Origin: Candidatus Tayloriibacteriota bacterium
GTDB lineage: Bacteria; Patescibacteriota; Minisyncoccia; Phycocordibacterales; PALSA-1337
Assembly: GCA_003151615.1 (NCBI GenBank)
Contig: PLXZ01000001.1
Span: 134,544-198,543 of the forward strand
Reading direction: 5' to 3'
DNA: 64,000 bases
Numbering within the stretch: position 1 is the stretch's first letter; the number at the start of each line of letters is the position of its first letter. The notes beneath the pieces are model-generated. The model saw only the letters and a list, made by a program, of their open reading frames with translations, did not search any database and had not been told where the DNA came from. A program made the translations under genes and the position numbers. Positions 37,392 to 47,448 of the stretch are shown here, in pieces.

Positions 37392-37952
37392 TTATTTTTT
37401 GACTTTTGCGTCTTTTTTCCCGTCGGCATACATTTTTACGCCAATATCGAAAGCTTTTTGCGCGTCGGACATGCCTTTGAAACCCGTTACTTTGACTATT
37501 TTATTCTGAAGATTTTTGTAGGTTGAATAGAAATGCTCGATTTCGCGGAGCGTGTGCGAATTGATGTCTTTGATGTCTTTTACGTTCGTCCAGCGAGGAT
37601 CGTCAACCGGGACGGCGATTATTTTGTCGTCAATGTCGCCGCTGTCATTCATGCCCATGATTGCAACTGGGCGGACGCGTACTAGAATTCCGGCCAAAAG
37701 AGGGTACGTAGTCAAAACGATGACGTCGAGAGGGTCGCCGTCATGCCACAATGTCTGCGGGACAAATCCATAGTCAAAAGGCACATCCTGACTGGTGTGA
37801 TTGACGCGATCCAGGGCTATAAGGCCCGTTTCTTTGTCGATTTCGTATTTATTTTTTGAACCTTTTGGAATTTCGATGATTACATTTATGGAATCAGCTG
37901 TTCCGGGTTCAATGTCATGAAGCATGTTCATATTTTTGGGGCCAACGGCCAT
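37392..37952 (-). CDS. ppa: Family I inorganic pyrophosphatase
   Basis: IEIPKGS.NKYE, DYGFVPQT..DGDPLD, DDKIIAVP. Confidence 0.95.
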   Translation of the reverse strand: MAVGPKNMNMLHDIEPGTADSINVIIEIPKGSKNKYEIDKETGLIALDRVNHTSQDVPFDYGFVPQTLWHDGDPLDVIVLTTYPLLAGILVRVRPVAIMGMNDSGDIDDKIIAVPVDDPRWTNVKDIKDINSHTLREIEHFYSTYKNLQNKIVKVTGFKGMSDAQKAFDIGVKMYADGKKDAKVKK

Positions 37953-37968
37953 TTTATTTTACTAATTT

Positions 37969-39117
37969 TTATTTTCCAGGTTTCTCGTCGGATTCAGGAA
38001 CGCTCATGGTTCCGGAAGACTGGATATCGATTTTCCAGCCGGTCAATTTTGCGGCGAGACGGACGTTCTGTCCGCCCTTGCCGATGGCGAGCGACTGCTG
38101 GTCATCCGCGACGGTGACGATTGCGCGCGCGTCTTCTTTTTTCAATTCGATTGAAATGACCTTTGCCGGAGAGAGGGCTTCTTCGATGAATTTCGCCGGA
38201 TCCTCAACCCACTCTATGATATCAATTTTTTCGCCGCCAAGCTCGCTGGTAACCGTGTTGACGCGGACGCCGCGCTGGCCGACGAGAGATCCAATCGGAT
38301 CAATGTGAGAATCGACAGAGGCAACAGCGATTTTCGAGCGTGAACCGGCTTCCCGGGCGATTGCTTTTATTTCGACGCTGCCCTGGGCGATTTCCGGAGC
38401 CTCGATTTCAAAGAGTTTTTTCAAAAACTGAGGGTGTGATCGCGAAAGTTTGAGCATGATGCCTTTGGGCGTTTCCTCAACGGCATACAGATATGAACGG
38501 ATACGTTCGCCCTGTTTGTAGCGTTCGCCGGGAATTTGTTCCTCATATGGAATGACGCCGATTGCGCGGCCCATGTCGATGAAAAGGGCTCCGCGTTCAA
38601 CGCGCTGGACCGTTCCGGAGACGATTTCGCCTTCCTTCTGTCCGTATTCGTTCATGACGGATGTTTTTTCGGCCTCGCGAATTTTCTGGATGATGACCTG
38701 TTTTGCGGTCTGTGCGGCAATGCGGCCATAATTATCCTTCAATTCAAGAGGGAAGACGATTTCGTCGTCAATTTTGGCGTCGCGCTTTATTTTTTTCGCG
38801 TCGGCAAGCAACATGTGATGTTCAGGGTTGAAGCGGACTCGGATTTCATCCTGTTCGGTATTTTCGATGTCCTGGTCGGGTTCCGCTTCATCCATGATGA
38901 CTTTCGATTCGTCAACGACGATTTTCACCTGGAAAAATTCAACTTTTCCGGTGTTCATGTCGAAACGCGCGCGGACGATTTGGCCTTTTTTTCCGTATTC
39001 TTTTTTGTACGCGGTCGCGAGGGCGAGTTCGATCGCTTCGAACATCTTATCTTTTGGAATTCCGCGTTCCTGTTCAAGCTGTTCCAAAACCGAGTGTATT
39101 ACTTTTAAGTCAAACAT
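37969..39117 (-). CDS. nusA: Transcription termination factor NusA
   Basis: GRIAAQTAKQVI.QKIRE, AREAGSRSKIAV, AIGKGGQNVRLAAKLTGWKIDI. Confidence 0.97.
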   Translation of the reverse strand: MFDLKVIHSVLEQLEQERGIPKDKMFEAIELALATAYKKEYGKKGQIVRARFDMNTGKVEFFQVKIVVDESKVIMDEAEPDQDIENTEQDEIRVRFNPEHHMLLADAKKIKRDAKIDDEIVFPLELKDNYGRIAAQTAKQVIIQKIREAEKTSVMNEYGQKEGEIVSGTVQRVERGALFIDMGRAIGVIPYEEQIPGERYKQGERIRSYLYAVEETPKGIMLKLSRSHPQFLKKLFEIEAPEIAQGSVEIKAIAREAGSRSKIAVASVDSHIDPIGSLVGQRGVRVNTVTSELGGEKIDIIEWVEDPAKFIEEALSPAKVISIELKKEDARAIVTVADDQQSLAIGKGGQNVRLAAKLTGWKIDIQSSGTMSVPESDEKPGK

Positions 39118-39172
39118 ATATTTTTGGCCTTATTTAGAGCCATATTTTAAGGGCACTTTGATAATTTTTTGT

Positions 39173-39237
39173 AAAAAAAGCCCGCCGTGAAGCGAACTGT
39201 CATGTTGACATCTTAGCGCCTTTTGGCGTTTTGTCAA
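39173..39237 (-). promoter_or_regulatory. nusA promoter with a leader terminator-like hairpin
   Basis: Minus strand: TTGACA-16 bp-TAAGAT, then AGTTCGC-TTCACG-GCGGGCT-TTTTTT before the nusA ATG. Confidence 0.55.
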
Positions 39238-39296
39238 ATAGAGCTTGCGTGATAGAATATCTGCATAGAGTTGCTCAACTTCAAATTTTTATAATT

Positions 39297-42005
39297 ATGA
39301 AAAAAATGTTTGGCCGATGTTTTTATATTCTGCCGGCGTTCGCCACAACGGTTTTGGTTTTGATGAGCGTCGCGTTCCAAACTCCTTCTATGGCATTGGC
39401 GAGCACGGCCACTTCTTCGCTTTCCGGCTGGGCATGGTCCGACAATACCGGCTGGCTTTCCTTCAATTCGACTGACAGTGGAGCGGGCGGCAGTCTGTAC
39501 GGTGTGATATTAGCCACAAGCACCGGATCATCTATCGGAACTCTTTCAGGTGACGGCTGGTCTCCCAACATTGGATGGGTCAGCTTCAATTCAAGCGACG
39601 TCACCAACTGTCCTTCAGATCTCGGTGCAACCCTCATCAATGGATGCGTTCCTTCGGTAAATGTGACGACGGGAGCGGTGTCGGGATGGGCGAGGGCGCT
39701 GGCGGGTACGAATAGCACCGGCCTTGTTGTTGCTTCATCAACAGTGCCGGCATGGGATCCCGAGACCCAATTATATGAACAGTTCATAGCGGTTACTAAT
39801 AACACCGGACAAAATCTATCTGGAGCGCGATTGACCATGACGTCTGCGTTGCCGAGCGGCGTTTCAGTCTTTGGCTCATCAGGCGGTACTGATGCCAACG
39901 GCAATATTTATTTCCAGGACAACTATCCTTTATCCGCGGGTCAGACAGTTTATTTTGGCATTGATTTTTACGATCCGACAAATACAAGTTTCAATCCTAA
40001 CTATACGCTTCAGGCAATGGCGACAACTTTGTCCGAGCCAACCATTCCAAGCGGAAGCACCCAGGTTTCGGTAAGCGCCACCTATTATGCAAGTGATCCT
40101 GTTTCTACCTATGTAAATTATAGTGGCCCTATAACTGTTTTGCAGTGGACAAGTATAAGTGGCGATCAATATGGTCTTCAATATAGCGATGACGGAGGCG
40201 TAACTTGGCATACAGCGTACGGTCTAAATAGCACGGCGGTATTAGATACAGCTGGCAGTAGCGCCACAATCCTTCTTGATTTTGGTTTACCAGCAACCGA
40301 TGCAGCCCCTATTTCTACCCGCCAATACAAGATGTGGCAGCTTCCTTCCGGTTCGTATCCCGCAAGAAACTTGAACTGGACGACGCAGGCCGCCGGAAAT
40401 CATTCTTGGTTTGGAATAACATCATCTGCCGATGGCAGCAAACTTGCTGCGGTCGACAACAATACTGGCTACGTATACACCTCCCCTGACAGCGGCGTCA
40501 CATGGACGGCTCAGACGGCTGCAGGTGCTCGTCTTTGGTCAGGAATCACTTCATCCTCAGACGGCACAAAAATCGCTGCAGTTGCTCAAACTGGCATCGT
40601 GTACACATCTGCCGACAGCGGCGTCACATGGACGGCTCACACCGTGAGTGGTGCGACATCATTATATAAAATAACATCATCATCCGATGGTACTAAAATT
40701 GTTGCGGTTGATACCCTAAGTACTGGCGGCTACATTTATACATCTGCCGACAGCGGCGTCACATGGACAGCCCGCACAGCGGCAGGTTCTCGTTCGTGGA
40801 TAGCGGTGACATCTTCTTCCGACGGGACAAAGCTTCTCGCAAGCGATCGTGCTGGAGGTTCACTGTACACATCTTCGGATAGCGGTGCCACATGGACGAC
40901 TCACACATTGGCGGGTGCGTGGTGGTCATTATCCTCATCTGCCGATGGTACAAAGCTGGTCGCCGCAGCGACTCCGAGCGGAAGCTATCTCTACACATCT
41001 GCCGACAGTGGCGTCACATGGACGGCTCGTATTGCAGCCACTGGGGCGTATGGGTGGGGGAGCGTAACTTCTTCTTCGGATGGAACAAAAATAGTCGCAG
41101 GTAATGCTGGCCCGAATGCTTATATTTACACATCTGCCGACAGCGGCGTCACATGGGCGGCGCAAATTCAATCCACAAGTACTTCCCGTATGTGGATGGT
41201 CACGTCATCCGCCGATGGCAGCAAAATAGCGGCGGGAGATTTTTATGGAACTATTCACACGGCGACATCTGTATCAACCACAACAACTGCCAACAGCAAT
41301 TCCGGCTGGGACGGCTGGATAGAACTCTCCGGCACCAACCATGCATCCCCTGATTTAACCGGTAACAGCGGCGTGACCTACAATTCAACCACAGGCTCTT
41401 TCACTGGATACGCATGGGGAAGCGATATCATAGGTTGGCTCAACTTCAACTCATCAGGGGCTTCAGCCTCAAGCTCGTGCAACCCGACATTGGAAGTCTG
41501 CAACGGTCCGGGATCATCCCCGACCCTCTCATGCTCGGGCTCACTCAACGGCAGTACCAACAAAATTACCTGGACCGCGACGATAACCGGCGGAGCCTCC
41601 CCGTATACTTTTGCGTGGACGCCCGGCTCAGGCACTTCAGGAACGCCGTCAACTGTCGGAGCAGTTTCCACCTACACCACCGGTACCCTGGCATCAACCA
41701 GTCCTGCCACCTCGTACTCCGTCACCGTTGCCGCAACCTCAAGCAACCAGACCGTGGCCATATCAAACGCCTGTCCGTCAGTACAGGGACCCCTGCAGTC
41801 GAGCCCTCCAAGCGGCGGACTCTGTACGTCAGTCCCTCCAAACGCCACGCTCTGTCCCGGTTCTTCTGCGGCCACCGGCTCAAGCTCCCTTGTTTCAACC
41901 TGTACCGCAGCAGCAGGAACTCCGATCTGCCAGTACTCGTGCTCTTCAAACTACCACCAGGTTGGCAGCCAATGCGTGGGGAACGGGAGCCTTCAGGAGC
42001 AGTAA
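39297..42005 (+). CDS. Large secreted surface protein with CPR GW-repeat modules and an Asp-box (BNR) beta-propeller
   Basis: Signal peptide; GWAWSDNTGWLSF-type repeats; six TSxDSGxTW and seven SSxDGxK repeats; Cys-rich C-terminus; directly upstream of pilB. Confidence 0.8.
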   Translation: MKKMFGRCFYILPAFATTVLVLMSVAFQTPSMALASTATSSLSGWAWSDNTGWLSFNSTDSGAGGSLYGVILATSTGSSIGTLSGDGWSPNIGWVSFNSSDVTNCPSDLGATLINGCVPSVNVTTGAVSGWARALAGTNSTGLVVASSTVPAWDPETQLYEQFIAVTNNTGQNLSGARLTMTSALPSGVSVFGSSGGTDANGNIYFQDNYPLSAGQTVYFGIDFYDPTNTSFNPNYTLQAMATTLSEPTIPSGSTQVSVSATYYASDPVSTYVNYSGPITVLQWTSISGDQYGLQYSDDGGVTWHTAYGLNSTAVLDTAGSSATILLDFGLPATDAAPISTRQYKMWQLPSGSYPARNLNWTTQAAGNHSWFGITSSADGSKLAAVDNNTGYVYTSPDSGVTWTAQTAAGARLWSGITSSSDGTKIAAVAQTGIVYTSADSGVTWTAHTVSGATSLYKITSSSDGTKIVAVDTLSTGGYIYTSADSGVTWTARTAAGSRSWIAVTSSSDGTKLLASDRAGGSLYTSSDSGATWTTHTLAGAWWSLSSSADGTKLVAAATPSGSYLYTSADSGVTWTARIAATGAYGWGSVTSSSDGTKIVAGNAGPNAYIYTSADSGVTWAAQIQSTSTSRMWMVTSSADGSKIAAGDFYGTIHTATSVSTTTTANSNSGWDGWIELSGTNHASPDLTGNSGVTYNSTTGSFTGYAWGSDIIGWLNFNSSGASASSSCNPTLEVCNGPGSSPTLSCSGSLNGSTNKITWTATITGGASPYTFAWTPGSGTSGTPSTVGAVSTYTTGTLASTSPATSYSVTVAATSSNQTVAISNACPSVQGPLQSSPPSGGLCTSVPPNATLCPGSSAATGSSSLVSTCTAAAGTPICQYSCSSNYHQVGSQCVGNGSLQEQ
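40470..41160 (+). repeat. Intragenic direct repeats encoding Asp-boxes
   Basis: ACATCTGCCGACAGCGGCGTCACATGG and close variants recur about six times at ~130-nt spacing. Confidence 0.85.
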
Positions 42006-42024
42006 TTTTCGCACCATATAAATA

Positions 42025-43779
42025 ATGTACATTGAACAGGGACAATTAAAAAAGTTCATACTTGATTCGGGTCTTGTCTCGAAGGGTGATGTTGACGCGG
42101 CCGAAGATGAGGCCAAGAAAAAGAAAAGCAGTCTCGGCGAAGTGCTTGTTTCGCAGGGAAAAATCCGCGACGACAATCTGCGCCGCATGCAGGCATACGT
42201 TTTAGGTATCCCTTTTGTCGAATTGAAGTCGAAGAAAATTCCGTTTGAAACGCTCTCACTCATTCCTGAACCGGTTGCGCGTACCAATAATATTGTTGCG
42301 TATAAAAAAACCGACGACACTCTCGAGGTTGCCATGCTCGACGTGGACAATCTTTCTGCGATCGATTTCGTAAAAAAGAAAGTGCATTTGAAGATTTTGC
42401 CGCGTTTGACCGACGAAGAATCGATAAAAAGCGTCATTGTCCAGTATCAGAAAAGTCTCAAAGCCGAATTCGGCGACATTATCCAGAAAGAATCTGAAAC
42501 GTTGAAGGCTATTGCCGAGCAGGACGGCGGCGAACCGGCTAGCGCTGAAGACATGAAGAAAATGGCCGATGATTTGCCGGTGGTCCGCATCGTGGATACT
42601 CTTTTGAAGCATGCCATTTTGCAAAATGCCTCGGACATTCACATTGAGCCTCTTGAAGACCAGGTTTTGGTACGTTACCGTATCGACGGTATTTTGCATG
42701 ACGCCATGGTTCTGCCGAAAAACGCATCGTCATCGGTGACGGCGCGTTTGAAAGTCTTGGCGAATCTCAAACTGGATGAAAAGCGTCTGCCGCAGGACGG
42801 CCGCTTCAAAATCGACATGAATGGAGAAAAAGTTTCGTTCCGCGTTTCGGTTTTGCCGGTCTATTACGGCGAAAAAACAGTCATGCGTCTGTTGCGCGAG
42901 AATGTTTCGGGCTTTACCCTCGAACATTCCGGTTTTCACGGGGAAGGCCTCGAGCGAATTCATCACGCGGTGACGCAAACGACCGGTATGATTTTGACGA
43001 CGGGTCCGACAGGTTCGGGAAAAACGACGACTCTTTACACGGTTTTGGACATTTTGAATACGCCTGACGTCAATATTTCAACAATCGAAGATCCCGTCGA
43101 ATACCAAATGAAACGCGTCAACCAGACGCAGGTGAAGCCGGAAATCGGGTTCACGTTTTCATCCGGTCTGCGCACGCTCGTCCGTCAGGACCCTGACATC
43201 ATCATGGTCGGTGAAATTCGCGACAATGAAACGGCCTCCCTTGCCGTGAATGCCGCATTGACCGGGCACCTCGTGCTCTCGACTCTCCACACCAACAGCG
43301 CCGCCGGAGCGATTCCGCGACTTATCGACATGAAAATCGAGCCGTTTCTCCTCGTTTCGACAATCGACATCATCATTGCGCAGCGTCTCGTCCGCCGTCT
43401 CTCGGAAACAAAGGAAAAACACATTTTGACGAAGGACGAGCGGGCGGTTTTGGCGAAAACCGTCGACCTCGACCGGGTTTTGAAGGCACTGAAGGAGGAG
43501 AAAATCATCGAGGGCAAAAAAGATTGGGATGAGATTCCTTTTTGGAGGCCTGTTTCTGCGGGCGAAGGGGACAATGGATATAAAGGCCGCATTGTCATCG
43601 CCGAAGTTCTCAAAATGAGCCAGCCGATCAAAGAATTGGTCATTAAGGGATCTTCAACCAACGACATCGAGATTCAGGCGAAAAAAGAGGGGATGCTTTC
43701 TATGATTGAAGACGGTATATTTAAGGCAGTGCAGGGCTTGACTACGATCGAGGAAGTCCTGCGCGTCATTTCGGAATAG
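42025..43779 (+). CDS. pilB: Type IV pilus assembly ATPase PilB (GspE family)
   Basis: ASDIHIEP, RLPQDGR, TGPTGSGKTTTLY, RQDPD.IMVGEIRD and TGHLVLSTLHTN motifs. Confidence 0.93.
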   Translation: MYIEQGQLKKFILDSGLVSKGDVDAAEDEAKKKKSSLGEVLVSQGKIRDDNLRRMQAYVLGIPFVELKSKKIPFETLSLIPEPVARTNNIVAYKKTDDTLEVAMLDVDNLSAIDFVKKKVHLKILPRLTDEESIKSVIVQYQKSLKAEFGDIIQKESETLKAIAEQDGGEPASAEDMKKMADDLPVVRIVDTLLKHAILQNASDIHIEPLEDQVLVRYRIDGILHDAMVLPKNASSSVTARLKVLANLKLDEKRLPQDGRFKIDMNGEKVSFRVSVLPVYYGEKTVMRLLRENVSGFTLEHSGFHGEGLERIHHAVTQTTGMILTTGPTGSGKTTTLYTVLDILNTPDVNISTIEDPVEYQMKRVNQTQVKPEIGFTFSSGLRTLVRQDPDIIMVGEIRDNETASLAVNAALTGHLVLSTLHTNSAAGAIPRLIDMKIEPFLLVSTIDIIIAQRLVRRLSETKEKHILTKDERAVLAKTVDLDRVLKALKEEKIIEGKKDWDEIPFWRPVSAGEGDNGYKGRIVIAEVLKMSQPIKELVIKGSSTNDIEIQAKKEGMLSMIEDGIFKAVQGLTTIEEVLRVISE

Positions 43780-43803
43780 CATTTTAATCTCATTATTTAA
43801 TTC

Positions 43804-45021
43804 ATGGCCCATTTTACTTACACAGCAAAACATCCGGAAGGCGAAACATACATCGGCGAGGCGGAAGCGGCCGATCATTATGAATTATATAAAATGATCC
43901 GCGAGAGCGGCGGGGAGATTGTGTCTTACAAGGAATCAAAAAGGAGCGGGATGCGCAAGATGAACATTTCCCTTTCTTTGGGAAGAATCAAGATGCAGGA
44001 GAAAATAATATTCGCCCGGAATCTCGGCGCCATGATACAGGCCGGACTGGCGGCGTCGCGCGCATTGTCGGTCATGGAGCGCCAGACGAAAAATGCGGCG
44101 ATGAGGAAAATTATAATCGCCCTGAATGAAAATATCAGCAAGGGGAAAACGCTTTCCGACGCAATGGCAGACTATCCGAAGATTTTTTCCGCCCTTTTTG
44201 TCTCCATGACGCGCGCCGGCGAGGAATCCGGAAATTTGGCTGACTCGCTCAAAATTGTCGCGCTTCAAATGGACCGATCGTATGCATTGTCCCGACGAAT
44301 TCGCGGAGCGCTCATATATCCGGCTGTGGTTATCGTGCTCATGATCATCATTTCGATAGTGCTCTTGACCTATATTGTACCTACGCTTACCAGCACATTC
44401 TCCGGATTGAATGTCACTTTGCCGGCTTCGACCCAGTTCATAGTCAACGTCAGCAACATAATAAGGTTTCACGGCATTATTTTGTCCATTGTCGTTATTT
44501 TAATCATCACTCTGTTCGTATGGTGGAAACGCCGGCCGCAAGGGAAGTCAGTCATTGACTATATCGTTCTCAAAATTCCCGTCATGGGCAATATTATCAA
44601 AGAAGTGAATGCGGCGCGCACGGCCCGAACCCTTTCCTCGCTCCTGACTTCGGGCGTTGACATGGTTGAAGCCGTCCGCATTACCACGGATGTCGTACAG
44701 AACGTCCATTACAAAAAAGTTTTACAGACGGCTCAGACGACGATTACAAAAGGAGAGCCGCTCTCGAAAGTTTTCAGCGAAAACGAAAAATTGTATCCGA
44801 CCTTTTTGACCGAGATGATGAGCGTGGGCGAAGAAACCGGAAAAATGGGCGAAATGCTTCTCGGTGTCGCGGTTTTTTACGAGGATGACGTGGAACAGGC
44901 GACGAAGGACATGTCCACGGTCATCGAGCCGCTCATTATGATCGTCATCGGCGCCGGCGTGGGATTCTTCGCGGTTGCCATGATTACGCCGATGTATTCG
45001 CTCGTCAATGTCATTTCATAA
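43804..45021 (+). CDS. pilC: Type IV pilus platform protein PilC (GspF family)
   Basis: AGEESGNL, ALIYP, VGEETG and IEPLI motifs. Confidence 0.93.
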   Translation: MAHFTYTAKHPEGETYIGEAEAADHYELYKMIRESGGEIVSYKESKRSGMRKMNISLSLGRIKMQEKIIFARNLGAMIQAGLAASRALSVMERQTKNAAMRKIIIALNENISKGKTLSDAMADYPKIFSALFVSMTRAGEESGNLADSLKIVALQMDRSYALSRRIRGALIYPAVVIVLMIIISIVLLTYIVPTLTSTFSGLNVTLPASTQFIVNVSNIIRFHGIILSIVVILIITLFVWWKRRPQGKSVIDYIVLKIPVMGNIIKEVNAARTARTLSSLLTSGVDMVEAVRITTDVVQNVHYKKVLQTAQTTITKGEPLSKVFSENEKLYPTFLTEMMSVGEETGKMGEMLLGVAVFYEDDVEQATKDMSTVIEPLIMIVIGAGVGFFAVAMITPMYSLVNVIS

Positions 45022-46816
45022 TTTTAAAAATTCGGGCCGGAAAAATGCAGGTTTTACCCTCGTTGAAGCTGTCGTGGGCAGTTCGGTTTTTCTCATCATT
45101 GCCATTGCCGCCTACCAGGCCTATGCCAGCATTTTTCAGCTTGCCGCTGTGGATCAGAACAAAGTTTTGGCTCTCGAATTGGCAAATGAGCAGTTTGAAA
45201 TCGTCCGCAACTTGCCCTATGCCAACATCGGCGTTCCCAACGGCATTCCCAGCGGCGTGATTCCGCAGAATCAGACTCTCACGCGCGGAAATAGTGCGTT
45301 TACCGTCTCGACGATTGTCCGAAACATAACTATTTCGCTCGGAGCACAGAGCGCGAGTTCGACGGCGAGCACGACTCCCGCGGAAAAGCTCGTCGAAGTT
45401 ACAATTTCATGCGCAACCTGCAAAAATTTTACTCCTTTGGCGCTGACCACCCAGGTTGCCCCGAAAAACATAATTACCGACACGACGCAGGGTGCACTGA
45501 CCATCAATGCCTTTGACGCGAACGGCAATCCGGTTTCCGGCGCCGCGGTGACGGTGATCAACAATAAGGTTACGCCTTCGATTGTCGTGAATGATACGAC
45601 TAATGACAGCGGCGTGCTGAATATTGTCGGCGTCGCGACGGGAACTGCCGCATATCAGATAACCGTTACGAAATCAGGGTATTCGACGGACCAGACCTAC
45701 CCCATATCCGCGACCAACACGACGCCTACGCATCCGAATGCAACCGTGCTCGCCGAACAGGTGACGTCGTCTTCATTTTCAATAGACAAATTAAGCACCA
45801 TTGGAATTTCGAGCGAGACAAATGCCTGCGCGCTCGTGCCGAACGTCGGTTTTACGCTGGTCGGATCAAAAACCATCGGCGCAGGCCTGTCAAAATATGC
45901 CGCAACCAGCACGACGGGGAGCGGCGGACAGCTTACTTTAAATAACATGGAATGGGATACATATACGTTTGGGCTTAACGGCAGTTCGTATGATCTCGCC
46001 GGAATGAATGTCATCAATCCCGTTACCGTCAGCCCAAACAGCACCCAAAACGTGACGCTTGTCCTCACCGCAAAACATCCGGACAGTCTACTCGTCGCGG
46101 TCCAGGACAATTCGACCCTCCTTCCATTGTCCGGAGCCACGGTGACTCTCTCGAATTCATCCGGATATTCCTCGACCCAGACAACGGGTGAAGGTTTTTT
46201 CGACCAAAGCGACTGGTCGGGGGGGCCGGGACAGTCTGATTATGCGACTACGAACCAGTTTTTTTCCACTGACGGAAACGTAAATGTTTCAAATCCGGCA
46301 GGCGATATCAATCTTATAAAATCGGGGAACAATTACATTGCGTCGGGATGGATACAATCCTCGACATTTGATACCGGAACGGCGAGCAATTTCGACAATA
46401 TTATCTGGCAGCCCTCGAATCAGCCGGTTGGAGCCGGGGCCAGTAGCGTGCAGTTGCAAATTGCCACGAGCCCGACTGATACTTCGACGACGACATGGAA
46501 CTTTACCGGTCCTGACGGTACGAGCGGGACATACTATAACGTCTCGAATTCAACGATCAATTCGGCGAATAACGGCAACAGATATTTGCGATACCAGGTA
46601 TTTTTAAATACCCAGTCGGCAACGAATACGCCGGATTTGTCCGATATTGCCTTTACCTACGGGACGTTGTGCACGCCGCCGGGGCAGGTCCTGTTCCAAG
46701 GACTTTCAGCCGGCAGTTATACATTAACCACGAGCGCTCCCGGCTATGCCGGAAATTCCACAGGCGTAACCGTTTCTTCGTCATGGACTCAACAGACGGT
46801 TCCGCTGGGTCCGTAA
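45008..46816 (+). CDS. Large minor pilin with carboxypeptidase-regulatory-like/Ig repeats
   Basis: Prepilin cleavage site AG|FTLVE followed by a hydrophobic helix. Confidence 0.85.
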   Translation: MSFHNFKNSGRKNAGFTLVEAVVGSSVFLIIAIAAYQAYASIFQLAAVDQNKVLALELANEQFEIVRNLPYANIGVPNGIPSGVIPQNQTLTRGNSAFTVSTIVRNITISLGAQSASSTASTTPAEKLVEVTISCATCKNFTPLALTTQVAPKNIITDTTQGALTINAFDANGNPVSGAAVTVINNKVTPSIVVNDTTNDSGVLNIVGVATGTAAYQITVTKSGYSTDQTYPISATNTTPTHPNATVLAEQVTSSSFSIDKLSTIGISSETNACALVPNVGFTLVGSKTIGAGLSKYAATSTTGSGGQLTLNNMEWDTYTFGLNGSSYDLAGMNVINPVTVSPNSTQNVTLVLTAKHPDSLLVAVQDNSTLLPLSGATVTLSNSSGYSSTQTTGEGFFDQSDWSGGPGQSDYATTNQFFSTDGNVNVSNPAGDINLIKSGNNYIASGWIQSSTFDTGTASNFDNIIWQPSNQPVGAGASSVQLQIATSPTDTSTTTWNFTGPDGTSGTYYNVSNSTINSANNGNRYLRYQVFLNTQSATNTPDLSDIAFTYGTLCTPPGQVLFQGLSAGSYTLTTSAPGYAGNSTGVTVSSSWTQQTVPLGP

Positions 46817-46827
46817 TGTATACTAAT

Positions 46828-47448
46828 ATGATGAATCGCCGCACATTTACAAAAGGATTCACGCTCGTCGAGACGCTCGTCGTGGCCCTTATTTTCCTGC
46901 TCATCATGATGGGGGTGACGTCTTTCGAGCGCGACACTTTTTACGATAATTCCATTCAGAACGGATCCTTTTCCACGGTTCAAAGCGCCGAAGAAATTTT
47001 GCGCACAATGGTCACCCAGCTCCGGTCGGCTTCGGAGGGAAGCGACGGATCATATCCGATTCTCACCGCGGCATCAACGACGCTTACGTTTTTCACCGAC
47101 ATAAACGGCGACGGAATAAAGGAACGCGTGCGGTATTTTTTGTCGAGCACTACTTTGGAAGAGGGAATAATGGAGCCGAAGGGCACGCCGCTTTCCTACA
47201 ATAATGCCACGGAAACGATTTCATATATCGCGTATAATGTCCGAAATCTCGCTTCTTCCACGAATGTCTTTGATTATTACGACGATACATATAATGGGAC
47301 AAGCTCGCCCCTGACTCAGCCGGTTTCCGTTTCTGCGGTGCGTCTCGTAAAAATAACTCTCATTCTGGATCTGAACCCGAACGTGTCGCCGGGTCCGAGA
47401 ACGTATACGACGCAGGTCAGCCTGAGGAATCTTAAAGACAATCTATGA
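46828..47448 (+). CDS. Minor pilin (PilW/GspJ-like)
   Basis: KG|FTLVE prepilin motif; C-terminal V.LRN; start at 46816-46831. Confidence 0.85.
   Translation: MMNRRTFTKGFTLVETLVVALIFLLIMMGVTSFERDTFYDNSIQNGSFSTVQSAEEILRTMVTQLRSASEGSDGSYPILTAASTTLTFFTDINGDGIKERVRYFLSSTTLEEGIMEPKGTPLSYNNATETISYIAYNVRNLASSTNVFDYYDDTYNGTSSPLTQPVSVSAVRLVKITLILDLNPNVSPGPRTYTTQVSLRNLKDNL

Noticed and set aside
40470-41160. Regularly spaced ~30-nt direct repeats resembling a CRISPR array
   Set aside because: In-frame Asp-box coding repeats with ~100-nt spacers that are themselves homologous; no cas genes
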